A stretch of DNA of 64,000 nt from the human T2T-CHM13v2.0 reference genome, Homo sapiens. The notes under the pieces are model-generated. The model was not told where the DNA came from, made no database searches, and saw only the letters and a list, made by a program, of their open reading frames with translations. The position numbers were made by a program, and so were the translations under genes. Each line of letters starts with the position of its first letter. Within the stretch, counting starts at the first letter, position 1. The stretch lies in assembly GCF_009914755.1 (NCBI RefSeq), contig NC_060940.1, one strand, 5' to 3'. This document shows, piece by piece, positions 1 to 15,019 of the stretch.

Positions 1-652
1 CAAGGGATAACTGCAGGCTGTTTTGTTCCAGACTCTATTGTTCACCATGCCAGAAAATCATGACAAAGCCACTTAATGAAACCAAGTCACCAACACAACA
101 CGTCTTCATCAGTCCTCATTTGCAGATGGCCTGTTAATGGTGAGTCTACTCACAGGTGTAGGCGTCTGACTTCTTATATTTTCCAATGTGGTTGTCCTGA
201 GCATTTTCATGTTAAAATGCATATTTCAATATAAATTGTTTTCCTTTCATTTTGTTTTATATTACAGTTGGGTTATTTTAGTGATTTTTTAAAAAATTAC
301 ATGAATGGGTAGGTTATATTTTCTATGTATGTCTTTGCAGGATGGTAAAGAAGATGTTAACAAAATGTTTGTTATTAAAAAGGGGTATCTAAAGGTTTAT
401 GAACTGACATGATCTCATCTTTGACAGAGATGATGGCATTGGTCATGATCACCCTCATAACACAATCTCAGGTCCTTCAGCCCTGACTCCTTTTTCAGAC
501 TTTTCTCCTAGGAAGACTGAGCTTTCTCACCCAGGCAAGAAAGCCTGGCAAGGATGCTCAAGAGGCAAGGTCAAAGTTTCATCTCCATGTGATCCTGTTG
601 GCTAGGATTAGATCCTTGCACATTGCGACATTTGCTGATGAGACTAAAAAAG

Positions 653-1675
653 CTGGAACTTAACTAAAAAGCTCTGCACAGCAAAGGAAATAACAGAGCA
701 AACAGACAACAGAAGGGGGAAAAATATTTGCAAATCATGCCTCTGACACAGGACTAACATCCAGAATCTACAAGGAACTCAAACAGCTCAACAAGTAAAA
801 CAAACAAACAAACAAACAAACAAACAAACATGAAAATCTGAGCAGAGGACCTGAACAGACATTTCTCAAAACAAGAAACATCAGTGGTCAATAAACACAT
901 GAAACAACATTCAATGTCACTAATCATCAGATAAATGCAAATTAAGACCACAATGAGAGATTATCTCATGCCAGTTAAAATGGTTATTGTTAAAAACTTA
1001 AAAACAATAGATGTTGGCATGGGTGGCAAAACAAAGGAACACTTACACATTGTTGGTGGGAATGTAAATTAGTTCAAACTCGATGGACAACAATACAGAG
1101 ATTTCTCAAAGAACTAAAAATAGAGCTACCATTTGACTCAGCAATCCCACTACTGGGTATCTGCTCAAAGAAAAAGAAATCATTATATTAAAAAGACACC
1201 TCTATGTCACTACAGCACAATTCCCATAGCAAAGTCATGGACCTACGTGTTCATCAACCTAAGTATCCATCAACAGTTGACTGGATAAAGAAAATGTGGT
1301 ATACACACACCATGGAATACTACAGAGCCATAAAAAAGAATAAAATGATGTCCTTTGCAGCAACATGGATGGAACTAGAGGTCATCATCCTAAGCAAACT
1401 AACTGAGAAACAGAAAACCAAATACTGCATGTTCTCACTTATAAGTAGGAGCTAAACAATAGGTACAATGAACATAAAGATGGAAATAATAGACACTAGA
1501 ACTCCAAAAGGGAGAAGGGTGAGAGGGAGACAAGGACTGAAAAATAACCATCCAGGTACAATGTTGACTATTTGGGTAATGGGTACACTAGATGCCCAAT
1601 CCCCACCAGTATGCAATATGCCCACGTATCAAACAAGCACACATACCCCCTAAATCTAAAATAAATTTTTAAAAA
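653..1675 (+). mobile_element. 5'-truncated LINE-1 3' end (ORF2 C-terminus remnant plus 3'UTR), L1PA16/L1PA17-like
   Basis: ORF 1204-1455 has L1 ORF2 C-terminal motifs (QPKYPSTVDWIKKMWYTHTMEYY...FAATWMELE). A typical 3'UTR ends CCCCCTAAATCTAAAATAAA. Candidate TSD AGACT(A/G)AAAAAG at 641-652 and 1676-1687. Subfamily is approximate. Confidence 0.92.
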
Positions 1676-2050
1676 AGACTGAAAAAGTTTCCCAAAGTCT
1701 GTGAAGATCTTCACAAGTGATCCTATTGTTGTAAGTGACAATAGGTTCTCCTATTATCACTTGGTCATTCATCTCGATTCTCTACCTCCATCAGGATCAC
1801 CCTAAAAGAGTTTCTGTCTTTGATACTGAAGGTTAGACTCTTGCAGGGCCTTTCAGCTAAGCACAAACAAAGCATACAGCACAATTTATTTTGCTTGCGA
1901 GTAGAGTCAAAGTACATATCTGAGTATATAAGTAGATATTTTCCTTTATCTCCATTGACAAACCACAAACACAGGTGGTGTCAGGGCAAACCTACTTATA
2001 AACTTGTTGGAATGTTTACTGTTTCAGGTTCTCTTTGGCTGGGAAATTTA

Positions 2051-2364
<314 letters not shown>

Positions 2365-3333
2365 AGTACACATCTGTCTTTATTTTAGATGGAAAATAAG
2401 ATGGCTAAAAGAATGAATATATAGAATTAGACTATGAATTGACTTTTGCTTCTGTGAATTTTGATATTTTCTCTGGTTAAATAGAAAAAAAACACGGCAA
2501 AATACTAAGTCTGCTTGCTGGAGGTGATGCGATAAAGAAACTTATCTCCCACCTTCCACAAAAAAAAAAAAAAAAAAAAAAAGATGAAACAATTTTTATA
2601 TTTCTAGAAGGCAACCTAAGACCTTTGATTGTCTGTCTAGGACATGAAACACTTACCATATTGCACTTGTATCTGGGTTTTTCAACTAGGTTGAGCACCG
2701 AGAAAGAACCACAAGGATGCTACAATTAAAGGGAGTGTACCTGAACACAAACTCAAGGGGACATGTATGTTGTTATTACATAAACCAGAATTCAAAGGCC
2801 CTTGAGGTTGAATAAGAACTCTAAATCTCCTAGTTTCTACAATCCCCAAGCCAGTATTTTTCCCGAGGAGGTACTGGTGTTTCTAATCCAGCATGGAGCA
2901 AAATAAAAAACAATAAGGACCTTACATTTTTCTGAGAAATTAACATGTACAGAAGGAAAAATAGCAATTGCCTCCACTGAAATAACAACCCCTCCTTGCC
3001 TGCAGCCATTTGAATCAGAGATTGTTTGCATTAATAAGGCGTTAGCCTTTTTTTTTTTTTTTTTTTTTTTGTCAAATGCCATTCGTTCAATGTCCCACAT
3101 TTGCCCGTGAAATTCAGGGCAATGAAGCTGACAAAATGTAATTTACTTGCATTGAAATGGGCCAGATCCACGATTTACTCTCCCAGCCTCTCAAGCTGGA
3201 TTTCACATTCAGTGGCCTTCCTGAATTATCAGAGAGGAAGTCAACTTCCCTGAGCCACAAACAGCAAGGCTGTAGCAGGTGGGCAGCCCCCAGAGCAGCT
3301 GTCCAGGCCTCCAGTAACACGGGGTTTTTTCCA

Positions 3334-3360
3334 GAGGAGGAGGAGGAGGAGGAGGAGGAA
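3334..3360 (+). repeat. (GAG)8 trinucleotide microsatellite
   Basis: GAGGAGGAG...GAA read directly; explains the poly-E run in ORF 3157-3408. Confidence 0.9.
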
Positions 3361-3729
3361 TATTCCTACAAGCTTCAAACAAGTGCCAAAACTCTTCCTA
3401 AGAATTAGTTCACCTTTACTGCATGTACCTTATAATTAATGCAACTTTATAGACAAGAGTGAAAAACACAGATTTAGTCATCTCTGGAAAACATAACAAG
3501 CTCAGAAAGCATTTACTAGAACGTAGGACTTAAAGAACAAAACTAAACTTCCCAAATAAGCTACATGTGGAAAATGTCTCATCATCATCTTGGAGAATTT
3601 TTGAAATGGAAGAGAGAGAAAAAATAAGTCAGGGAACATTCAGCAAAGGCATCCCAAAGTGTGGATATCTGGGGCAAGGTTTTCCATACAGATAACACAG
3701 TGCTGCACTAAAAACTGTCTTACGAGATC

Positions 3730-4150
3730 TATGTTCAATGTTGTCTATCATGGCATTATTTATAATACCAGAAATCCAGAAGAAAATCAATACCCAATAA
3801 ACAGGGAATTGGTTAAATAAATTATGGTGCATCCATGCTGTGGAGCCACTAAAAAAATCAGGTCATAAACATGTACTTAGTACCATGGAAAAATGTTTCC
3901 AATACAGCCTTACATTTTAAAAGCAGTTTACAAAGACTTATGTACATTTTGATCTTAATTTTATAACCTATACAAAAGCTTATATATGCATGGGAAGGAG
4001 AGGGAAGGTTACATACTCTTTAATGTTGGCAGTGACTACGTGTAGGTGGTGGGATTACACCTTATTTTTTATTTTGTGTGCTATTCCATAGTTTTAAAAA
4101 AACGTTTTACACTAAGCATGTCTCACCTTGATAATAAGAAAAAAGAAACA
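3730..4150 (+). mobile_element. Old, degraded LINE-1 3' end (L1ME/L1MC-like)
   Basis: GGCATTATTTATAATA...GGGAATTGGTTAAATAAATTATGGTGCATCCAT resembles old L1M 3' sequence; boundaries approximate. Confidence 0.6.
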
Positions 4151-5571
4151 ATAAAAATTTTAAATTGCCTCATTTCTGAAAAACAAGGTTGGACGCAGTA
4201 ACAGTTCTATGGTATTCAAACTTAACTCCTTTAAACAACATCTACTCCCCCCAACCCCCACCCCTTGGCAAGGGGGAAAAAAATTCTTTCTTAGAGGATT
4301 TCAATCAAGGATGAGATTAATGGATATCCTCTGCTCCAAAAGAAAAATACATATTTGCTTGTATTTCACATTCATATTTAAAACATATTTTCTCTTCCAA
4401 AATAAGCCAGCATCTGATTTTTAATGGATTTGAAGAAATCCATTTCCAAATGCCTGTAGCATCTGTGAATACTTCATTTAACAATTAGCAGGATCTTCCT
4501 TTTTAGACGGTATTAGAACTGATTTGCAGGGTTATACCATAATCAGGAATGTTCCCACCCTTTGGAAAGCTCTAATCTTATCTTGACCAGCCTGCCCTCT
4601 GCCTCCATGGAATAAAAACAATAATGTCTGCAATACAGACTAAATGTATAACCCTCAAAGAAAACTAGAACAAACCCAGAAACTGTATAAAGCATACAGA
4701 AAAAATGTTTCCATGCCCCACCGTTGTTTGAACAGAGGTAAGTATTGCTGTGATCAACTGATCAGGAACGAATGTCCAACGTGAAATGAACTCAAGCCCA
4801 GGGCGCCTCAGCGGTGGCCAGAGAGCGGCACAGACAAACAGAGTGCCGAGGTAATTCCTTCAGCAGAAGACAGACAACTCAGGAAGAGCCTTTCCTACCA
4901 ATTAAAGGTAGTCAATATTGATTATCTGAGGGATTTCCATGCTCAGGAAGCAAATTAGAAACTCAATACCTGAACTATTCCTAAATGCAGTTATCAACTT
5001 CAGAGTTTTATCTCATAAAACCAATTCAGCTTAGAGTTTAATTCTATTAAATTAGGGCTTAGAAATAAGATTTGCTCTAGAATGAATGCATCATTAGTTT
5101 TAAAATGCAATATACTGAAACCCAAAATGTGCTGTATTACAGTTTGGAGAATAAATGAGTAAAGATGGCATCTAAATGCACTTTTCCCTAAGTATGTTTA
5201 TCAGTCAAAAAAGTGATTGTTTATAAAGACTCCAAGTCCTTTGGTAGGAGGGACACATCCCCTCTCTTTAGCATAAAGTAACCCCACTTGTTCCAATCAA
5301 AGACTACAGTTTCCCCTTTGTTCTTAGACCTCCTTATTACACCACTGAGAAATATAAAAGCGGGGAGGAGAGGAAAAGCTACATTTCCCTTGGTTTGTTC
5401 TACACTGAAGTCTCGTGAAACGTGGGATACGTGTTCCTCCAAAGTAAACAAGGCTAACCCCCAAGAGGAGCTGCCTGGTACTGTGTAAGTCATAACATGC
5501 TGCACTTGCGCTAGGGTTTTTGTTCTGCCCTTTTTCAATAAGACAGAGAGCCAGAGAAGATTCCCCTTCTA

Positions 5572-5961
<390 letters not shown>

Positions 5962-7302
5962 CTAATGAAATCTAGCAAAAAGCCTTCTCCTGCACTGCAA
6001 TGCCTCTTTCCCCCATGCACATGAGGGTTGGGGCATCCAATACAAGAAAAGCTCAGTAGGTACAAATCTAGTAAACAGTGATATTACAAGACTGAGAATC
6101 ATAAATAAAATAGAAACAGTTTCAGACCATGTCAAAGAACCCCTGGGAAGACCTGAATATTGAAAGATGCACCATTCTAGTGAGAACAGCTGCTGATCTT
6201 GATACAGTCTTAGATGCTCTGATGACAAGAGGTGATTTCCATCCGTAACAATGGCCCGAGCTGAGTTCTTCAGCACTGAAACTACATTTGCCATTTTGAA
6301 AGGAAATGATTATGTTTCCATGAATTGCACTGTGTCACACTATATTTTAGGGCCTTGCATAGCATTATTATGCCTTCATGAAATATTGCCACACATTGTC
6401 TCATCCACTGTAAAAGAAAGCCAGTGTTCACAGTGTCTTGTAAATAGATGACATATGGGTTAATCTAGCATTTGCATTTGGGAGGAATAATTCAACATTA
6501 AACTCTTCCACATATAAAAACACAAAGATAACACAAAAGATGTCCAGGGAGCTTCAGCAAATGGAAGGTGATCACAGTGCAGTGTGGTTTTAATACGGGG
6601 TTTTCAGGTAGATCATATCATGATGATGGGATTCTTAGCACCAAAATAATCCACAGCTTTCAGTACATTATGAGACATGTAAGATGTGAAGGAGAGGATC
6701 CCAAGATCTGATTGTGACCAGCTTTTCCCAAATGAACTAACCACGCACCATCTTCCATCCCTCCTTTTTAGCTGTCATCTATTTGTCCTTACATGATTTG
6801 TGCAAGCCTAATTTATCTATTGGAAAAACAAAACAAAGCAATACCTAAGGGGATACAAGGAGATGGTAAATCCCCATCTTTTCCCTGGGGAAAAGTAGCT
6901 GTACAGCTAAATATGAGGAAACATTTCCAAATTTCAGTCCAACATGGGGAATTAGGATCAAAGCTTCCCTAAGGAAAATTTGCAGGTCCCAGTTGAGGAC
7001 TGATGTCCCCAGTTGAGTAAATATAAGTTTCTGAAACATCCCCCAGTTCCTACTTCATAAAAATGATCAATATAACCAGGCACAATGGTAAAAGAACATC
7101 GCTAAATTTAAATCTTGTTATGTTACCCGGCTGGGGAGTCAGAATTAATTTAATTTTGTGAATTAAAGCCTTGATGATGATCCATTTCAAACCTCTAATG
7201 TGCTCACTTAGAGAAAGAAGTGGCCCTCCCTTGACTCCTGTCTCTCTCTGCCTATCAGCCACCTGGTACAAGGGGAAGAGATTCAAATGGAAGTCTGTAG
7301 AT

Positions 7303-7420
7303 CATTAACTGGGTGTATGACCTTGAGTAAGTCATTGCATTTCTCCATCATCCAGTTTCCTTCACTTCTAGAAGGACTGGAGCAGAGGATGTCTAGGTCC
7401 AGCCTTGCTCTGGAATTTGG
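7303..7420 (+). mobile_element. MIR/MIR3 fragment
   Basis: TGTATGACCTTGAGTAAGTCA...CAGTTTCC is the MIR core. Confidence 0.6.
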
Positions 7421-8815
7421 AACTTACAATTCTAACAGCTATTAACAAGATAATACCTGGGAATTAAAGAGAGAGGCAATAACAAAAAAGCAAAAATGAC
7501 ATCACCACCACCACTAGTAAAAGCCAAAAAAGGAGAAACGTTCTCTTTTAGCAAGGAGAAAGGTGAAAAGTTGACCAAAATCAAAGACAAGACTGCTTCA
7601 TATATTAATAAAGCCTAAATATAAAATTCACACAATGTCAGCAAGACGTACTTGGGTTCAGAGCCTTTTTACAACCTAGCACGGTACTGTTTATTTGGAA
7701 ATGAAGATAACATCCGACGAAGTAAAAGCATCCCACTGTCTGTCTTTTTCATGCAGCAGGGGCGGCCTGTAGACAAACACCAAGAGACAGGCACAGCTAA
7801 TTTAAAAAATAAAATGCAAAGTCCTGTGGCCCAGTTCAAATTGAGCCTGACAGTGAAGGTCACAGCAACTTTTCACTTTTGTTTAAAGATACTGCCTTGA
7901 TCATTGCCGGATGTGAACAAAGACACAATAGCAAAGAAGAACCATTCTGAAGCGAGACCATCCTGACGTGCCCCTCCTCCACCTCCAAAAGCTTTCTTTT
8001 CTAGTTAAGAAAAAACATTGATAAATTACCAAATTCCCAACAGTTTGAAAAATGACAAATGTAATGTTCCCCCAAGTATGTGGCTAGCAAAAGTAACCAA
8101 AATGTCCCAAGAGCAGCGGAATCACTGGCCTTTTGAAGGTTCTCTGTGCTTCATAATTTCTTGCAACTTTTCAAACTCTTCCATTTTGTTTCTGCTTTCC
8201 TTGTTTTTCATTCCCTTACTTTTTTTTTTTTTTTGGCAATTTTTCTAGTCCCACCAATCACGAGGAGTAGTAAAGCACTTGAGTTCTAAGAAATTGTTCA
8301 AACCAGTTGTAAGATTCATTGTCTGTAAAGAAAATGACTTTGGTCTCCAACATGTGTTTTCAATACAAATGCATCACATAAAAAGTAAAAAGACCTCTTG
8401 TCTACTACGCCAATTCTCATGGAGCCATTTTGGTCTTTATAGAAAGATCTCACTTATATCTTGGTAGAAAGGAAAACGTGAAACAAAGCAGACACTTCAC
8501 CTTCCTTCGGCCTGTTTTATATTTCTCCCATGCTGTCTCCTAAAGACGCTAGCACTTGATAAAAGTTCAGGCCTTCTCCGTGCAGAACTCTGCTTGTCAT
8601 TCCTTTGGAAGTGATTAAAGACATTAGCCCAGCTTCACCATAAAAGCCTCAACAACAAGTGTCAGGGGCCACTCCCCCAACCCCCACTCACCGTTTTCTC
8701 CACCTTGCACCTTCCCAGGCAAAAGTTCTATATGGGGAGGGGAGGTAATATTCTCTTAGTTTACTTTGTGTAGGTTCTATGATGGAAATAACACTGCTTG
8801 TATATTTTTTGCAGA

Positions 8816-9094
8816 TTTTTTTTTTTTTTTTGAGACAGGATCACCCAGGAAGGAGTGCAGTGGTGCTCACTGCAGCCTTGGCCTTCTGGGCTCAAGTAAT
8901 TCGCCCACCTCAGCCTCCTGAGTAGCTGAGACTACAGGCAAGTGCCACCACACCTGGATGGTTTTTTTTGTATTTTTGTACAGATGGTCTTTTGCCATGT
9001 TGCCCAGGCTGGTCTTGAACTCCTGGGCTCAAGTGATCTGCCCGCCTCGGTCTCCAAAATGCTGGGATCACAGGCATGAGCCACCAAGTCCAGC
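8816..9094 (-). mobile_element. Alu (AluJ-like)
   Basis: Poly-T followed by antisense Alu with CCTGGGCTCAAGTGATC (AluJ diagnostic). Confidence 0.93.
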
Positions 9095-9303
9095 ATGTTT
9101 TATGCAAATATTTCTAAAGAATTTCACTCTCAGAATCAAAATTGTCTGCTTAACCATTGAGATTCTAGGTGATGGTTGCCTCCTGAGACAATCTCCAAAG
9201 CCAGAGGGAAAAATGATCTTTAATACAACCAAAAAAGATGCCAAAGAAATATGGGGAGGTTAGAGTCGGGTGATTTCCGTGTACAAATAATCTTTACACA
9301 CAA

Positions 9304-9579
9304 ATGTGTTCATTGAGGAAGCTCTTCATACCTCAGTTTCCTGGAACTGAGACCCCCTAATATATCCTAGATAGTTTCTTGGCTCTGTTCACAATTATGC
9401 AATTGCACGTTGTTTATCTTCTTCCTCCCACTCACTCCCAGTAGTGGGCCATTGGCACCATGTTCCAGGTCCTGATTTGGGGTAAATCTGAATTGCCGTG
9501 ACTCAGAGAAGCATCCAGTCATCTGTTAAAACATGCTACTGCCAGCCGGGCACAGTGGCTCACACCTGTAATCCCAGCA
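9304..9579 (+). repeat. Local duplicate (copy A) of 13275-13564, including the first ~36 bp of the Alu at 13530
   Basis: Manual alignment gives 14 substitutions and one 14-bp indel over 276 bp (~95% identity). Confidence 0.97.
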
Positions 9580-9639
9580 AATAATTTGTACACAGAAATA
9601 GAATTAATCCTAATGCTATTTCTGTGTACAAATTATTTG
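9578..9639. repeat. Perfect 24-bp inverted repeat with a 14-nt loop
   Basis: CAAATAATTTGTACACAGAAATAG (9578-9601) is the exact reverse complement of CTATTTCTGTGTACAAATTATTTG (9616-9639). Confidence 0.97.
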
Positions 9640-9829
9640 GTTCTCTGTACCTTTTTCCCTAACCTTAAAAGAGGAGGCACTAATACCTGATTACTACAGT
9701 TTAGAAGAAATCATTCATATGGAAGTAAAATATTCAAAATGTGTCATTTGTTTTGTCGAGAGGACTTCTGCAGTCGTCACATCTCAAAATCTCTGGAAGC
9801 TCCTTTCCACATTTTGAAAGTTATCTATA

Positions 9830-10190
9830 GTTAACTACCCACCTTCCCAAGGAAGAATCTAAGTTACATTTCCTAGCTGCCCCTGTAATTTAGATTCTTT
9901 AGTTTGTTTAGGGAGAGACCAAGTGCTGAGCATTCATTTTGTGGGCCCAGATCACTAGGTACCACATAGTTCTGAAACCAGTAGCCATGGCACCAGCTTT
10001 CTGATCACAGTAAAGGCTGCAGCTCCCATGGCTGGTCTACTCTGGGGTATGTTTCTAGGTTCCGTCCTGGAAGCCCAACTTGGGCTTCTCACTGATTATA
10101 GGAGCTACCATATCCTTTAATAAGTCCCCTTTGGTTTCAACTACCAAAAGTGAATTCTGTTTTTGGTAACTAAGAACCCCATCAACTACA
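9830..10190 (+). mobile_element. Old ERVL/MaLR-class LTR fragment
   Basis: 3' end TTTAATAAGTCCCCTTTGG...TTCTGTTTTTGGTAACTAAGAACCC...TACA resembles LTR16/LTR33/MLT1 termini. Confidence 0.5.
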
Positions 10191-10323
10191 TATTGGAAAG
10201 TTCTTGGTTACATGCTTGACACATAGTAAAAATCTATGTATGTTAACTTCTTCTCTGTCACCTCCAATGCTTGTAATTCCATCCTAATTAGCCAGACCAA
10301 AGAAGTATAGAAAGATGTGACGA

Positions 10324-10625
<302 letters not shown>

Positions 10626-10761
10626 GTAAAGAAAGTTACCTATAACAAAATCTCAACCCGTTAGCCTGACGTGATACCTACACATCATACAACTTTAGAG
10701 TAAGTTATCTCCAGAAGATTCGTGGTTCATACAACTGTAACAGATTAATTAGTAGAAGCAT

Positions 10762-11084
<323 letters not shown>

Positions 11085-12267
11085 CTAGAGGAATGGGGTA
11101 TTGAAAGTGAAGCTTTAATAGGTAGGCAATGGGCATAAAGAGTAGGATCATGAACAATGGCCCCAGAAGGTGGACCCAGATGGAGGGTGATCCAGAAGGG
11201 ATCAGGACTGAAGAGTGTGAACAGCAGGACGCCAAAAGGAAACACCCTTCCTTTTGCCTAAGACTGTGAGATGGCTTATATAAACCAAAGCCACCCTTGT
11301 GTCCAAAGGGAGATAGTCTTCACACAGAGCAGAATACATAGAAGGGCAGTCTTCAGTCTCAGAAAAAAATCCGAAAGGCAATAAAAGACATACGGTGATG
11401 GTGACCATCTGCTTAAGTTCTGCTGATCATCTTCTGCATTCTCAAGTTATTTTACATGGCCTTCATTCCAACATAGATCAGTTTCTATATCATACGATGG
11501 TCATGTGTGCATATACCTTAGAGTTCCACTATACCCTAATAATGCATGGAATTTTTATGCCTTCTTTATGTCTTGCAAAGCATCTAGCGAAGTGTATTGT
11601 ATATCATATTCAGGAAGAGCTCAATAGATGTTCTGTGAAAGAATAAGTGCCGAAATGAAACATGTTCTAATCCATCTTTTCACAGTCATAATTTTTTACT
11701 AGTTACTGAATTCTGCTTAATATGCATATAGTCAAATTTTTCAGATAGAAAAATGATCACGCTCTTTTCTCCAAGCAAGACAAGTACCCATCACTCCCAC
11801 CTCTCCTCAAAACTTACGAATAGTAATTCCAGCTTCAAGTCACAAAGCCAGGGCTTTTTAAGTTATCTCACCTTGTGCATTTGCCTTATCTAAGCTTGCC
11901 AAAAAATGTCCTTCTTTGGTGTGTGTTATCTACCTGCCTAATAGATTATTGGCATGTTTACAATCCATTGCCAGAACTTGCAGTTCTGACTTCATGAATT
12001 TACACATAACTTATCTCAGCAAACACAGCACAAGGGTCTTCTTTCAGCTTCCAAGTCTGATTTCTATAGCCTCCTCCAGAATGGCTTCCCTATTAACGTA
12101 GTCAACGTTAATATACTTGCCCTCAGAGCAATCCTTCATTCACTGAAGGAACATTCATTAACTACGCTGTGACAAGCACTATGCTAAATGCCAAAGATAC
12201 CGTGATAAACACAGAGGTTAGAGTGGAACAAACATTCACAAAATACTTGGGGAAAATAAAATATGTA

Positions 12268-12575
12268 GGCTGGGTCTAGTGGCTTATGCCTGTAATCCCA
12301 GCACTTCGGGAGGCTGAGGGAGGAGGATCACTTGAGGCCAGGAGCTCGAGACCAGCCTGGACAACATGGTGAAACCCTGTCTCTACTGGAAATACAAAAA
12401 TTAGCTGGGCATCGTGGCTGGCGCCTGTAGTCCCAGCTACTTGGGAGGTTGAGGCATGAAAATTGCTTGAACCCAGGAGGGTGGAGGTTGCAGTGAGCCA
12501 AGATCGCCCCACTGCACTCCCACCCAGACAACAGAGCAAGACTCTGTCTCAATCAATCAATCAATCAATAATAAA
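12268..12575 (+). mobile_element. Alu (old AluS/AluJ)
   Basis: Dimeric Alu with a (CAAT)n tail; GAAAATAAAATA flanks both sides. Confidence 0.94.
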
Positions 12576-12658
12576 GAAAATAAAATAGGTGGACTTGACA
12601 TAGCCTGGCAGGGGAGCCATTAGGCATCCCAATACCCAATAAAGTAATATTTGAATTG

Positions 12659-13098
12659 GTGTCATAAACTGGAAATGGCCACATACTCATTGCAGCTCCT
12701 GTCAGTAAGAGGAGACAACAATTCCCTTACCCCTTCAATATGGGCTGGCCTCACAGCTTGTTTTGACCAATACAATCTGACACAGGTAACCTGATGTGAG
12801 TTCTGAGCCTTGTTCTTAAGGGACTTTGCAGCTTCTTCTCTACTGCTGTTGGAACATCTCTGACATCATGTCAACAAGCCCAGGCTAGCTTCTTTATGCA
12901 CAAGAGATGACATGAAAGACAGACCTGGGCATCACAGCTGTCACAGCTGAGGTCCCAGAAAAATGAGTCATCACAGTCAATACCAGAAGTGAGCATCTTA
13001 GATGAACCCCACCAAAATTGTTGACCCACAGATTTGTGAGCAACTTTATGATTGTTGTTTGGGGAGGGTTTCTTATGCAGCAAATGCTAACTGATGCA
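12659..13098 (+). mobile_element. MaLR LTR (MLT1G/H-like)
   Basis: ATGGCCACA...GGGCTGGCCT...TTTGACCAATA start and TTATGCAGCAA...AACTGAT(G)CA end are typical of MLT1. Confidence 0.75.
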
Positions 13099-13529
13099 AT
13101 TGGGATCTGAAAATAAGTTAAAAAAATGAAAGGCCTGGAATCTATGCAAATAGGCCATGCAGAGATGTTAAGGCCCCCAAGACAGTAACATCAGAGAAAC
13201 TGGAAGACATGTATGGGAAGGGTTTGGGGCCGGTGTGGGGTGGGCATGAGGCACCTCCCTGAAGCCTGCACGCCATGTGTTCATTGGGGAAGCTCTTCAT
13301 ACCCCAGTTTCCTGGAACTGAGATCCCCTAACCTCCCAACTCTCTTATATTCTAGATAGTTTCTTGGCTTTGTTCACAATTACACAATTGCACCTTGTTT
13401 ATTTTCTTCCTCCCACTCACTCCCAGTTCTGGGCCATTGGCACCATGTTCCAGGTCCTGATTTGGGGTAAATCTGAACTGCCGTGACTCAGAGAAGCATC
13501 CAGTCATCTGTTAAAACATGTTACTGCCA

Positions 13530-14292
<763 letters not shown>

Positions 14293-14518
14293 AAGAACAC
14301 ACTTTTCTCCAAACAAGACAAATGCCCGTCACTCCCACTTCTCCTGAAAACTCATGAAAAGTCCATCACTTTTCAAAGAGTTTGGGCCTCAAATTATTTT
14401 TGTCTTTCTTCCTTCTCTCATTATTTACTCCAGGCCCCAAAAAAAGAAAAGAAGAAAAATGTATTTATCTGTCCGGAATAGATTTGATTCTTGGAGTTAA
14501 TTCTTCCTTTAGTAATTA

Positions 14519-15006
14519 TGTTCCAGTTGGGCTTCCCTCAGAAACCGGATTTGATTCAACAGCACAGGTGCAGGGAGTTTATTTGGGAGGTAAACACAGG
14601 AAGGACACGTGAAGGAGTAGGAAAAGGGCAGAAAATAATGGCCTGGTGAGCTGTTGACAGCTACGGGCATCTAGTGCTTCATCCTGCCAAGGCAGCTCTA
14701 GGGAAACCACATAGAAAAGTCTTTGAATTGTCCCTCCAAGGGCTGGAGAAGTGCAGTTCTTATCCGCCAACTCCCTTCATGTCCCTTCTTGCTTTGGGAT
14801 TGCCCCTGAGGGCATTCAATTTCTGGCATCTCACGTCGTCTTGTGCTTGGGCTGGGCTATGTCCTTGGCCCAGAGGCATCCCATAGACTGAGAAACAGAG
14901 ACCTTGGAGAGAGGCTGTAGACAGCCTGGAACTGCCCCACCTCAACTACAGGTGAACTGAGACGGGGGCCAGAGGGCTTTGGGATGAGGCATTTACAGTG
15001 CCTGCC
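14519..15006 (-). mobile_element. LTR33-like ERVL LTR
   Basis: GAGTTTATTTGGGAGGT...CAGGAAG and TTATCCGCCAACTCCC match the antisense LTR33 consensus as I recall it. Confidence 0.7.
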
Positions 15007-15019
15007 ATGACTCCATTTG

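Noticed and set aside
1204-1455. ORF resembling a reverse-transcriptase protein C-terminus (also 51639-51881 and 52036-52224)
   Set aside because: Broken L1 ORF2 remnants inside truncated elements, not genes.
1700-1715. Perfect 16-bp palindrome TGTGAAGATCTTCACA
   Set aside because: About one 8-bp-arm palindrome is expected by chance in 64 kb.
4800-4832. CTCF-like GC-rich motif
   Set aside because: Does not fit the CCASYAGRKGGCRS core without a gap or at least four mismatches.
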